A DNA stretch of 64,000 bases from Paraspadella gotoi (Eukaryota > Animalia > Chaetognatha), in assembly GCA_051294375.1 (NCBI GenBank), contig JBJCIZ010001662.1, forward strand, positions 1 to 64,000, in the 5' to 3' direction. Positions 25,357-38,150 of the stretch are shown piece by piece (the first letter of the stretch is position 1; each line of letters begins with the position of its first letter). The position numbers and the translations under genes are program-made. The notes under the pieces were generated by a model. The model was given only the letters and a program-made list of their open reading frames with translations, was not told where the DNA came from and did not search any database.

Positions 25357-26188
25357 TAATTAATTTTGTGATCGAGATTGTTGTTTTGTGATTGAGAGGC
25401 GAGACAAAGTGGAAAACTATTTTGACACGAATTAAAAAAATTAATATTAATTAACTAATTAATAATTATCTGATCAGCTGGTTACCGCTAATGATCGTGG
25501 GCAGATCCGGCATTGTTTGCTAAAACTTGTTTTCAATCAAACAATTAAAAAGCCTTTTGTTTTCAGATAGTTCCGCTAGGGAAATAAAAAATAAATAAAG
25601 AGAAGGAAAAAATCATTTTAATTTAATCGTTTTAAATTTTGCGCAAACATTTGTGAGCATATTTCGTCGAATTGTTATGATAATTATTTAATAAAATGTT
25701 AGTAATAGGGGCCGGAGCATTTTTAGATTCGAGTGGAGAGGTACTTATTAGACGTAATGAACATTTCCAAAAATAATTATAGTAACACAAGGGCCAAAAT
25801 ATCTCACATATCTTGGCGCACAATTAAAAGCGATAAAATTTTTCTGCCTATTTTTAATTTTATGCTCTATTTTTTAATAAATCAACCTTGCGGAACTTTT
25901 GGAAACCAGGCAATTTAATTGTTAAGAAAAAATATAATGTATTTAATATTATAATTTTAGAAGGTATATTTATTATTTATGAATAAAAATTTAATTTAAA
26001 ATTTATGTCATTTATATACACATTGATATTATTAGAGGGTGAGATTCTGGGTTATATGGCCATTTAGATACTGTATGCAATATCGTTCAGTGTTTTGGTC
26101 AGAACCGATTCTCGGTCAGAAAAACGGGGAGAGCATTTTCTAATATGAAGACTTCTGTAATTGACTTCTTGATTTTGTGTGGTTTCAG

Positions 26189-26420
26189 CTACCATGATGG
26201 TCTTGAAAAATGGGTGGAGGTTGGAAACTCTGGAATTTTTCGTCCAGAGATGATTCTCCCCATGGGACTGCCCAAAGATGTTGGCGTCGTTGCATGGGGT
26301 CTATCATTAGAAAGACCCACAATGATCAAATATGGATATGACAACATCCGAGACTTGATCGGTCCGAGGGTCGATCTCGAAATGATCCGACGAAATCCTC
26401 TCTGCCGCCTGGAGAAGTAA
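26189..26420 (+). CDS. FARSA: Phenylalanyl-tRNA synthetase alpha subunit, last coding exon
   Basis: Acceptor GGTTTCAG|C. Translates [64 protein letters not shown], containing motif 3 ([10 protein letters not shown]). Confidence 0.96.
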
Positions 26421-26534
26421 ATTTGAAAGACATATTTTAGAAACTGTTAAGGACTCATGGTGGATACTATCATTACCGAAGCAAGCTCAAATTTGTTGTA
26501 ATCGAACGGACCATCCATATTTGGTTCTGTGATT

Positions 26535-26559
26535 CTCTCTTAACTTTTTCGTTTTTCAG
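26535..26559 (+). promoter_or_regulatory. Unpaired 3' splice acceptor (candidate trans-splice site) upstream of EMC4
   Basis: CTCTCTTAACTTTTTCGTTTTTCAG: a branch-point-like TTAAC, a pyrimidine tract and TTTTCAG, 33 nt before the EMC4 ATG and within a 172-bp intergenic gap. Confidence 0.55.
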
Positions 26560-26592
26560 TTTCTTGTGTAATCGAGTAATAGTCAGTTTTCA

Positions 26593-26865
26593 ATGATGAG
26601 AATGCCATCGGCGCCCGTAACGACGAGATCTTCGAAAGAAGCGACGCCGACGACGATCAAATGGCTCGTCGACTTCACCGGCCGCAGCGGGGCTCGAAGC
26701 GCTGGCCTCGGCGATCGACATATCAGCCAATGCGCTCAGTTCGATCTCGCCTCGCCGCCGGGATTTAGCCATGACAAGCTGGCCCCTGATGTCGCCGCAA
26801 AGGAACAAGATCACAAGCTCGTGGTTAAGAGGTCGTGGGACGTCGCCCTGGGACCTTTGAAACAG
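26593..26865 (+). CDS. EMC4: ER membrane protein complex subunit 4 (TMEM85), first coding exon
   Basis: KWLVDF...PPGF..DK..PD...KEQDHKLVVKRSWDVALGPLKQ matches the EMC4 N-terminus (KWAIEL..PVGY..KRCWDIALGPLKQ). It ends CAG|GTTGT (donor at 26866). I did not find downstream exons in this window. Confidence 0.9.
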
Positions 26866-29800
26866 GTTGTCTTAAGTTGTTTTTTTTGGTATTTGTATTT
26901 TTGAGTTCAAATGAGTGTGAGAAATCAAATCTAAAAGGTTATCTAAAGCAATAATAATGAATAATGTTAAAATTTATTTTATTATTTTTTCTCATTTGTC
27001 CTTATTTAGTTTAATTACAAAAAAGCTTAAACTATTTAATTTTACTTTTTACAAACAGGAGTATGATATGATATGACTTAATTCTAATAAATTATATTGA
27101 ATAATTTTGTACAATTATAAGAAAAAATGATTATAAAAAAATAAATAATAAAGAAATAAGAAAATATTACTTGTAAGTCGATTATCTCGTGAATGAATTA
27201 TCTTAAAATGATGTGAATGGGTTCATCTGGATGGTCTTAAAAAATGCATCAGGATGTGTTTGTGCTTCGAGCTTATTATTTCTAATTTTCGTTGGCTGAC
27301 TTTGGTTTCGAGAAAGACGATACAGAATTTGGAATGCGTTGGTAAGTTTATTCTTTCACAAAATATGGCTACGCGAAATTAACGAGTTTAAAAAAGATAA
27401 AACGTGAGGTTAAAAACGAGCTTAAAATATAAACCACCAATATATGGTTAAAAACGTGTACGTCCGGGGCTCTCGAAGCCACTCAATTTTGCCTCCCGCG
27501 ACGTTCTAAAGTAAAAAATAATCATGATATCGTCTTCACATTCGATATTTTTCTTCGCGTAAAACGGGCGAGGCACGACGCGGATCTCTCCCGTCGTCGG
27601 GTACGACGGCCACGGTCGTGTCGAATCATGACCGGCGTAACACCCCCTCCCACGACCACAAGGCCGCAGAGTCATTCCGGATATCCTGGAAGGGGAAGGG
27701 TTGTTCAAGGGAAAGGAAAAAGAAATCATTAATAAACCAATTCTACATATCATTCAATTCTAGTCTAATTAGAACTAAATAAAATGCCTCAAAATTTAAG
27801 TAAGGTTCAATCAAAAATAAAATCGTCGCCAAACTAATACTAAAATTCGAATTCAAAACAAAAACTTAGCGGAGTCTCATCGCTAAACAATTCGATTTTT
27901 CGTGTTCTAAAACGCGTCTTAGTAAGAATTAAATGCACGCAAAAAAATAAATTCAGAAGTAAATAAAAAAAATCTATGACCATTGACCAACCTTACCTTT
28001 CCTGAAATAAAAGGGTTAGCAACAGAATTTAAGACAGAAAAAATTCAAATGGTACCTGTGACCTGTAAGGTTAAATTAAAAAAGTTACAGCGGTTATAAA
28101 TTCAAAACGAAATAATTACATTAATTTCGTAACAAAATAAAAAACTTTTCCCCCCTCCGTAAAAAGGGAAAAGAATCTTCAGATCTTTTGCATCAGACGA
28201 CTCGTCAACAAAACAAGTTTGAGCAAACAATGTCGGATCTGCCTACGATAATTAATTAATTATTAAATAATTATTAATTTAATAAATAATTATTAATAAA
28301 TAATTTTTAATAAATAATTATTATTAATTAATTAATTTTTAATTAATCCCAATATTGTCCATGCTTCAGTGTAGCCCTTGCGCAGCCTTAACTTCATGGT
28401 TTTGTCCTTGTCAGGCTGAAGGTGCGGCGACCAGTGAAGTGAGGTCGAAGCCATGGGGTTCTGTCTGGGTAAGGAAGAGAAAAAACAAATTAAAAAAGAC
28501 GAGAATCTCGTCCAAATCAAAATTCAAAAGGGCGAGCAGCGCCGTCTCCAGTGCTGAGTTGCAAAAGCAAACTGGCGCGGCTTCAGCCGTCAATTCTTTA
28601 AAATTCACAATCTTTCTTTCGTCAGCCAACGTCTTTCAAGGAGGAGAGACCAGAGGTTGAAAAACCTCCGGCGTCAGTCGTCGCCGCGCGGTCCAAAGAA
28701 CGTCGAGGGAGAGCAAGAGAGAAGGTCGGCACCAGATCCGACCGTCGTCGCTGCTTTCGAATTTTTGATTGCTTCGACGTCGGGAGTCTTTAGGCCGGGG
28801 GGTTCTGGGTCCCAGCATCAAAATGAAGGTCGCAGCGCACTCTTCAATTCGAAGCCATGGGCTCGCGACCAGGAAGCTCGTAACAAAGAAATATCTAATT
28901 TATAATATATTTATATATATGACACAATTGAAAAATAACGTGGCGAAAACGGTCTCGTGCTGATTTTGTCGCCTTTAAAATTGTTTCGGAGCCAAATTAA
29001 TTGATCATTATTTTTGGTAATATGTGCGATATACATACTGGACATTACTGTATCTGATCATAACCCTTGACCATCACAAAAAAGCTAACTAGATCAAAAA
29101 TAGTAAAAAAGATGAAGCAATATAGCTTGAAACGCTTACAAAATTTTAGACCATTGCTTTTATAAATGCAAAAAAAATTAATATTATTAAAACAAAACTT
29201 AACGATAACCTAATAGTTAACCGAGACCAAGATGAATATTTTTTACGCCATCATTTCCTCAATTTATATGGAATCATTTGTTGTGTAATTAGTCAATTAA
29301 TCTAAATAACAATATGACAAATTCAATTTTCAATTTTCTTTATGAATGGAAGTTTTCTCTGCTTTACTCCCTTGTGTCTAATTATTTAATATTTTAAAAG
29401 ATATTTTCAAAAACCTTATATAATTGCTCTATTTTTTACTTTTTTTCAAAATTCTTTCAAACCAAAAACAACATCATAAAAACATTTAAATTAATAAAAA
29501 ATTGATTGAATGATTTTGGAAAAAAAATATTTTGAAACTTGAGATAATGGATTATGATGAGTCAGGAAAAAAATTTTGCATTCTAAAAAAAATCAGCCCT
29601 CTTAGCCTTTCAATTTTTCTAGAGCTGATTTTTTTTTTTTGATATTTTGATTTCTATGCAAAACCATTATTCTCAATGAGCATAGGTCGGGACGAAATTT
29701 TTTTCCAACAATTTGAAAAAATTTCACTTTTTTAATTAGGCTTTTTGGGGGAAATAAATAAATAAATTATTATACGATGGGTAATTCTGAATAGTGATTG

Positions 29801-31134
29801 TCTCTAAATGACAAAAAAAATTTCTTCAAGTTTTATTTTGAAATTTAAGTATGTACCAATAAAATAAGTGAGATACTCTCGCTTTGCCGAATTTTTATTT
29901 AACAAAGTTTGTACTGCGTAATTTAAAAAAAATTATTTTTTTTAAATAAACTTTTGAAAGAAAAGAGGTAGCAAGGTGGATGTGTGATCAAATTAAAGCC
30001 TAATCATAGGACAACTTTCTAAAAGAGTTTTAATTAATTAAATCCATAAATCTTTATACACAGCTTTTGTTTAAATCAGAGTTAAAAGTATAACAGTTTT
30101 TTGCTTTAAAATTTTAATGAAGGCATATAAATTTTGTTTTTTCTTTTGTAATTTTGAAAAAGGAAAGACTGAATTAATTTGTTTGATTATTAATTTTTTT
30201 TATTCCAATAAAATGCTTATATTTTTCAGTTAAAGTAAAAAACAAGCAAAAATTTATGTTGTAGCTTGATAAAATGTATTTTTAATATTAAAAATGATAA
30301 ATACAAATGTTTTCAGCTTGATAAAAACAGTCTGGACATCTACCTTCTTGTCTGTGAAAAAAAAATCGTCATTTTTCATTATCTTTAACTGCAAACTAAA
30401 AGCTTGACAACTGCTTGTTTATATAAATAAAGTTGTAAAAATAATTATATAGCTGGGTAAACATATTTGACAAAAAAACATCATTGAGTTAAATTGTATT
30501 GAATAATTTTTTTTTAAAATATAGCAAGGAATTATAATTCTATTATTTTTATCATGCCTATTTAATTAAGAAAAAAATATTTCTCGTAATAGCCCATTAG
30601 AAAGGTTTCATTGATGAGCTTATGATAAAATATATTTAGATTTTCTTTACCTAGCCCCTATTATTCACAAGATAATAAAAGGTCATGTTATCATGTCAAA
30701 TAGTCCAGATTATCTGTACCCTTTCTGCCAACCTGCATTCAATTTTCTTTTTTTCCCTTTCAAATGTATTAAATAAAAAAATTATTTGAGAGAATCAATT
30801 GGTGTGGAGGTTGCCATTGGTAAGCCTTAGTTACCCCACTTCCCGATCAAAATTTTAATGATGAGGTTTTTTTTTCCATCTATTTGAGACATAACTCTAA
30901 CTATTAGTACTATTATTTTTTCTATTAGAGATCTATGAATAAATATGAATAAGTAACTTTTCACCTATATTAGTGTATCAAAGATGGATTCGGATTTTTA
31001 AAAAACGTTTACACAAGTGATCACACACCTAATATACTTTAATTTAAAACACCTTTTATTCGATTTGAAATTCTCAACATGAGAGATCCCGCGGTCGATT
31101 TTATCTGGCCCTAAATTATGCAATATTAGCTTAA

Positions 31135-31953
31135 GAGGAAAGGTCATTCAGCATAACAATATGTAATCATTGATGTATTAGAGCTAATATATCGAGAAAT
31201 ACATTATAAATCTCAAGTATTCACAAAAAAAATAAGTTTTTATTTATATGTAAACATTCGTTTTTATTCATTTTTTTTTAAATGGGTACATAACAAAATT
31301 TTAAGTTAAATGGTAAGCACATTTTTTAAAGATTTGTTTTTCAAATCTGTTTGTTAAATAATTCTAGTAGAAGTTAAAAACACGGTGTGGGTTAGTTTAG
31401 AAGGGGGAATTAAAACAATTAAATTCTCGTTACTCTGTTGGTTTTTCCAAGTCAGTGAACAAAATCTTCAGTTAAATAGATGGTAAAGAAATTCAAGCTA
31501 CATAGGAATATACACTGAATTTGAAGAGTTGCAGCCTAAACGACTGCAATAATATTGATTAAAAAAATTTGATTAAGCAATCTTAAAAACATTTGTAAAA
31601 TTGTAATAGAGAGACATTTTGATAAACGCGTTCCATGTTGAAAGAATTCAGGGTTAAAGTTTAAAAACGTTTCATTTTCAAGGATACAAGTTGAAATTTA
31701 AAATGTCTCTCTATTATTTTTCTAAATTCAGTAATAGAAATTCATAAAAATATCAGATGGATTGACCTTGTTTCGTTTTGACCCTGCAACTCTTTCAGAT
31801 AGGTTTTCTTTTATTTTATATTATAATTAAACCAATATAAAATGGGGTAGAATGCATCAAATGTTTAAAGTGAATACATTTTCGGAATGCCAGGAGCTCA
31901 GCTTTACTCGCATTTTAGCTCTATTTTGAAGTTGAATTGAATGACCCTTTTTC
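31135..31953. mobile_element. Kolobok-like non-autonomous element, monomer
   Basis: TTAA|GAGGAAAGGTCATTCA ... TGAATGACCCTTTTTC|TTAA. Duplicate at 40436-41255. Confidence 0.78.
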
Positions 31954-34077
31954 TTAAGATTCGAAGTTGTCAGAATAACGATGAGTCTCCTTTTATTCGC
32001 GTAATTTTAAAAACGTTTCTTATTTGTAATATTATAATATATTTAAATATTAAAGTTTTTAGAATATATGTTTATAAATATAAAATAGTTTATAGATTAT
32101 ACTAATAATAAATGATATAATAAAAAATATTTTTAAGTTTTTAAATATATTTTATAAATATAAATGTTGGATTACATTATAAATTATACTTATGAGAAGC
32201 TGAAATGCTTTTTCTAGCAAATGAGGAATTCTGATACAGATTTTTGCCATAAAAAATTAATAAATTAACTTATTTTTCTTGCTTAATAAATCCTTAATTA
32301 CATAATTATTATTAACTTTATAAATGAATAATTCGATTCGTTTAATTTACCTGTTATATTGTGCTTTTAATAAATAGGTAAATTTCCGAGAAAACATGAT
32401 ACATGGAAAGATAACAAGATAACCAATTAAAGAGGTAAAATATTTGAAGAGGAATAAAAAATAATTAATATTAATATTATAAAATATATTAATATAATAT
32501 TAATATAATATATAATAATAGTATTTATAATTATATATAAATTATTTTTTTTTCTTTTAAAAAAACTAGGAAAATTATTACAATTTTTAGAGCAAAGCTT
32601 GGAAAGCAGGGCAATTTTATGATTAGTCTAATCTTATCTCCATGTACCATCATAATAAATCATGACTTTTACATTATAATACTGATATCAATAGATAATT
32701 GAAAAATATTTTTCTCTTTCACTAATACAAAATTTTAAAAAGTCTAAAATTAAAAGCTAAAAACTGTGAAAGTTAAATGTCATTCATTTCGATATAATTC
32801 TAACTGTATATACATATAGATTTAAGTGAATAAGGATCCCTATCTCATGGTAGTCGAGATCAATGATTTAAGTTTTTATATGTTTTGAACTGATCGGCTT
32901 AAGAATTAATAATACTGGTCTATAAACATTAACTAATTAAACAATAATAAATATTTATGTAACTATTAGTAATAATAAAGTAGTTTCATTCAAAGCAAAC
33001 AGAGAACACTTGAGAAGGAAACTTAACTTCCAAGATTTTAACAGATTGCTTTGTTTATAAGTTTTTTTAAATCAAAACCCCGTATATTAATAGTCCAATA
33101 CATGTCAATTAATATAAAATAATCAAGCTTTGTCCTGTATACCTTGACAGATGGCTTTTATCTTAATTCTTCAATCAACAATATTGAAAAGTTCAGTAAA
33201 CAAATTTTGATAAAAACTCCAAAAACACATGATAATATTTTAATTGTTAACAACAACGATGAAAGCAATGAATTAGTCCGAATATGCATTTTATGTTAAA
33301 AAAATTAATGTCCTTATTGTTAACCATTAAAAAAGTTATTATTTCGCTCTAAATCAGAACACAAATATAGACGGAAATAATTACATTGACTAAAAACTCA
33401 AAAAACATCCGAGATAATTTTTTTATAATTGAAAAAAAGGTTGTGCCTATGGATGCGCAAACCCTCTACATCCCTTGGAATTATTAGCCTATTAAATTAT
33501 CAAAACGACCAAACCACCCGAGCGCCGAGTCTCGTCCAGCACCCGCATTCACCTTCCTCTTCCTCCTCCTATGCACCCAGGGCTCGAAGGCTCACTCGCC
33601 AGTTTTTCACTTCTCGTTTCCTCCTCTCTCCTCTCTACTTCCTCCTCTCCGCTCCTTCGAATTTCCCTCCAAAGTTTTTTTGTACACCTTTTTTGCCTTT
33701 TTTAAGTAGTATATTACACGTTTTTTCCTAGCATTTTGCCTTCTTTCCCTTACGACTTCGTTATATTAGACGCCATGATTACACCATCACCAGATAGAGT
33801 GCGCCCAATGTGTTACTCTTACATAACCACTATGAAATCCCCAAACATTTTCCACATCCACGCCGCTGAGCTGCCTAATCCGGGACTTAACCAAAAATAA
33901 GATCTCACCCTTAAAATTTCCCTCTTTCTCTCTACCCATCACAAATAACAAACCTTTCACCCATTTCCTCTTTTCCTCTCTGAACCCGCTCTCTGACACC
34001 TTATTTAACCTTTCTCTGAGGTTATAAAAATGACAAACTATAGTACATAGGAAAAAGGCTTAATAATTGTATATTAA

Positions 34078-34728
34078 TGAAGAGACAGTATTATATGTTA
34101 TATGTTAGTGAAGAACCGATTCAATATAAGCAGTCCTGAAGCTTCGGATCAGGCTGTAACACCATGTTACAGGCGGTTAAGCCGCCCGGTCCCTCTTAAC
34201 TGCCAGACGACGCACCGGGCTACGAACCCCGACCTTTGGGTGGGAGGCCGCAACTGACTTGCCTCCGGCAGCCAATGGCCGCTGATGAACGTTGGTGGAT
34301 TTTAGTCACCATACATCCCCCCTCCGCGTAGGAGAATCTGTTGCGTCTCTTCAGTGAATTGTTGTGGTGGAAAGTTCGTACCAAGTTTGAGGCATGTTTG
34401 CCTGATGTGTTGTGGGCGGAAGTGCATCGCCAGGTTGAGGCATGTCGCCTGAAAAGTGTTGTTGTTGTGTTGTTTTCGGAATCGGGGCTACCAATGAAGA
34501 GACAGTAATTATTGTTATATGTAGTGACTAGAACCGTTCATAATAAGCAGTCCCCTGAGCTTCGGATAAGGCTGTAACACCATGTTACAGGCGGGTTAAG
34601 CGCCCGTCCTTCTAAACTGCCAGACTAAACACCGGGCTAGAACCCCGGAACGCTTTGGTTGGGAGGCGAATGACTTGCTCCGGCACCAATGGCCGCTGAT
34701 GAACGGTTGTGGATTTTAGTCCACCATA
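34078..34728 (-). mobile_element. Full TRIM with tRNA-containing LTRs (error-rich copy)
   Basis: LTRs at 34078-34313 and 34495-34728 around a ~180-bp interior with PBS and PPT, matching 59245-59891. Confidence 0.85.
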
Positions 34729-35157
34729 ATAAAAATTATATAAAAAGAAGAAGGGGATAAAATTGTCAATCAAATATATCCGATTTAAAGCATTTATGTT
34801 TTTGTATAAACTTTGATCATTGTTAAAATATAATTTTATCTTTTATAAATTTACTTATATTTATTTTATTTTCATTGACTATATAAGATCGGATTTTAAT
34901 TAATTTTCACTTTAAAATAAGTTCAGTACTGAATTTCAGTAAAGCAAAACAAAACGATTAATTTCTAAAACGTTTTCCTATAAAAACAGAAAAAACTATA
35001 TAAAATTACACATAGTCAGCTATTAAAAACTATAAATTATTAAGCATATATGAAATTATTAATAAACATTAGAAAATAATATTAATAAGTACAACATGTT
35101 AATTATAAAAAAACTAAACTCATTCGTCAGATTCATCAGGCAAAATGCTCTTTTATG

Positions 35158-35209
35158 AAACAAGTTTGAGCAAAGTCGGGATCTGCTGATAAGCAGAACC
35201 GACTAAAAA
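35158..35209 (-). mobile_element. ~50-bp minimal family A element (both termini fused)
   Basis: AAACAAGTTTGAGCAAA-GTCGGGATCTGCTGATAAGCAGAACCGACTAAAAA. It is absent from the duplicated copy (TATGAAAAATTCG at ~44437-44449). Confidence 0.75.
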
Positions 35210-35428
35210 TTCGAGAAAGGAGAATGGATTTCTCCATGAAAATTAATTTCTTAAGTGCAATTTACAATACTTAAACGTACAAAAGGTATAAATTACAAAT
35301 GATTTCCGCGGCGAGGATCTCGCTCACGTCTTATTTCTTGTTCAAAATTTTCAAATCATAATCAAATCCAAAGATCTTAATTCGAGTTTGTGAAACAATT
35401 CCGGGTTCATAATTAGAATTTGATAAAA

Positions 35429-38150
35429 TTAAATAAAAATCCTTACTTTTTTCTGACGGCGACGTCGCCATCGTCTCTCTTTATGCAGAAATTTTTGGAT
35501 GAGGGGAGGTGAAGAAATTCTCCGCGCCGTCAGGGGAACCCTTGTTAAAGGCTCTCCCCTCTCCTTCTGCTGACCAGCGGAGGTCCTCCTTTCACGCTTC
35601 AGTCTTTCACCAGCAGGTTCCTTTGACATGTTCTGACGTTTACCACTTGTCTGACTGTAAACAAGGTCAGTCAGTCTGTCATTCATTGTTTCATTTCTTT
35701 TACGTCGTCTTCTTTTGGCATTACATCGCCCATTTGACCCTTGCCTTCTCTCTTGGTCATGCTTCAAGGCGGAGCCCCTTCCATCAGCAGATTCCAGCTC
35801 TGGAACAGGCGGAGCAGCACCTTTAAAAGAGGTTTGCTGCAAATCTACTGACGGGGCTAAATCATGCTTTTCTTTTGACAATTCAACCTTCTTTACAGTA
35901 GTAGATGGATTCAGGGTAATCAAAGCAGACAGAACTGGTCCTGGAAGGCTTTTCTTCCCGGTCACAGTCCAGCCCCAAAGTGTGCACAAGGCTGTGAATC
36001 CAGACTTGCCTCCTCTTCGGAGGTTCACTACAGATCGGCATCGACCTACAGGTTCACCCTCCTGAGATAGGCTCATCGGAGCAGCCTGCTGCTGACAATC
36101 ATTTTCAGTGTTTTCCATATCAGATTGATTAGGGCTCCAGTCTTCTGCTTCAGAAGGCGGCCTTCCTAAACCAATATCTTCAATTTCTAAGTTCTTAAGA
36201 GTCTGTGCATCATGGCTAGCAGGCATGTCTGCTACAACCTTGTCCTGTTTTCTTTTCAACTTTAGATTCTCATTCAGGCAATTCTGTTTGGAAAAACCTA
36301 ATCGATCAGCAGTTTCCAACTCAGTAAATGGAAGAGTGGGAAAATCACCACCCTGACCAACCTCATAAGCTGGAGCAGCTTTTCCAAAAGAGTTATGCTG
36401 CAGATCCGCTGCCAAGATCCAGTCAATCTTTTTTTTTCGATACTTGACCCTCTTTTTCAATAGGTGGGTCACCAAATTCTGGCCTGGAGTCTGGGTTTTG
36501 CTGATCAGTCAGCTTCTCTCTCTCCAGGGTCACCTCAGTTGGTAAATTTGTGTCAGAATGGGTCACAGTCGACACACCAAGGGTGAGTGGAGATTTTAAG
36601 TCACTCATCTCTATGGACATTCAGCATGGCTGAATAATCCGCCAAAGCATGAATATCTTCCAAAGGGCTTGTCAGACTGGCCAAATGCTGACAGTCATTA
36701 TCTATCATCTTAGTTTTAGGATCCATCTCGACAGTGGTAGTCTTGGGGTCTTCACTGGAGGAGATCACATTTTCTTCAATACTTTGATCTGGATTTCAAT
36801 CCTCTGCATCAGGTTTACTGGAAGAGGCGGTACCAACAGATCCTAAATCACATTTTGATTGAACAGTTTTCTGTTCTTTGACTTCAGCATTGATGGAAGT
36901 ACCATCACTGAAGGAGAAAACAGTCTCTGGATTACCAAAAGACTTCAACTCCTCAGCATCAGCAGAGGTGGAAGAAGAGATCGTACATTTATCATTATCA
37001 CAAATGACATCTTTTTTCTCGGAGGGAGCGTCTTTTTTAAAAATTTTCAACCCACTCCTGAGTTGTCATTTGTGATCGAGCCTTAAGATCAGCCTTAGTT
37101 CTTTTCTTATCTAAATCCTTTCTTCTCTCCTTGGAGGCCTTCCTTCTCCTTTCTTTCTTCTTTCTGGCTCTTTTCTTTTCATTCAACTCTTTGAGCCTAT
37201 TTTCTAATTCCAGCTTTTCCATTTCATACTCTCTCTTTCTCTCCTTAACCTCTATCTTCTTCTGTTCATAAGACTTAAAGGACAGGGTAAAATCTTGCTC
37301 ATTAAATCTTTTTTCAGTTACTAAGCTGGCTGACCCCCAATTCCTCACACTCCTTGACTGCCTGCTTGAGTGGGAAGATTGTCCCTCAGAGGCCTTGCAA
37401 GGGCGGCTTTGATTCCGCTTAGTCTTAGGAATGGCATGCGACATCACAGTACCATCTCTAATACTTCCTTGTCTCAGCACACTAGAAGAGGTACAACCCA
37501 GGGACAATCCAACCCTTGGAACAACTTTTTCAATCTGCAGCGGCTCCTTAAATTCCTCAAAGTGAACAGGCCTCACTGCACCTTGACTGAAAGGGATATC
37601 CAAGGTCTCACAAGCTGAGTCAGAGAAGGACAAAATAGTTGGGACCATAGGTACTCCTTTCAATGCCATCAAATTTTCCCATGCCTTCAGTGTAGCCCTT
37701 GCCGCACTTACTTCATGGTTCTTGTCCTTGTCAGGCTGAAGGTGCGGCGACCAATGAAGTGAGGTCGAAGCCGTGGGGTTCTGTCTGGGTAAGGAAGAGA
37801 AAAAACAAATTAAAAAAGACGAGAATCTCGTCCAAATCAAAATTCAAAAGGGCGAGCAGCGCCGTCTCCAGTGCCGAGTTGCAAAGCAAACTGGTGGCGT
37901 GCTTCAGCCGTCAATTCTTTCTAAAAATTCACAATCTTTTTCGTCAGCCAACGCCTTTAATGGAGGGAAGACCAGAGATTGGAAAATCTCCGGCGTCAGT
38001 CGTCACCGCGCGTCCAATAAACGTCGTTGGAGAGCAAGAGAGAAAGGTCAGCACCAGAGCCGACCGTCGTCGCTGCCTTTCGAAGTTTTGATTGCTTCGA
38101 CGTCGGGAGTCTTTAGGCCGGGGGGTTCTGGGGTCCCCAGCATCAAATGA
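35429..38150 (-). mobile_element. Decayed retroelement-like coding region, possibly BEL/Pao gag-pro related
   Basis: Chain of frameshifted minus-strand ORFs (37037..37840, 36796..37050, 36423..36620, 35429..36475) with a coiled-coil segment and ALCTLWGWTVTG, which resembles the BEL/Pao A..T.xGW.V.G motif. No RT or integrase motifs seen. Confidence 0.4.

Larger units (their letters stand above)
23462..25533 (+). mobile_element. DINE-1/Helentron-like non-autonomous element, family A, with nested insertions
   Basis: Truncated 5' end AGCAGATCCCGGCTCTATAA with GTCC/ATCC microsatellite. 3' end GCAGATCCGGCATTGTTTGCTAAAACTTGTTTT (subterminal IR, hairpin, CTTGTT). Confidence 0.7.
18225..26157. mobile_element. 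Tc1/mariner-like TIR pair bracketing almost the whole last FARSA intron
   Basis: TA|CAGTAGGCTTCATATTAGAAAATGCTCT.. at 18225 and ..AGAGCATTTTCTAATATGAAGACTTCTG|TA ending at 26157, with imperfect similarity extending ~60 bp. Confidence 0.65.
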
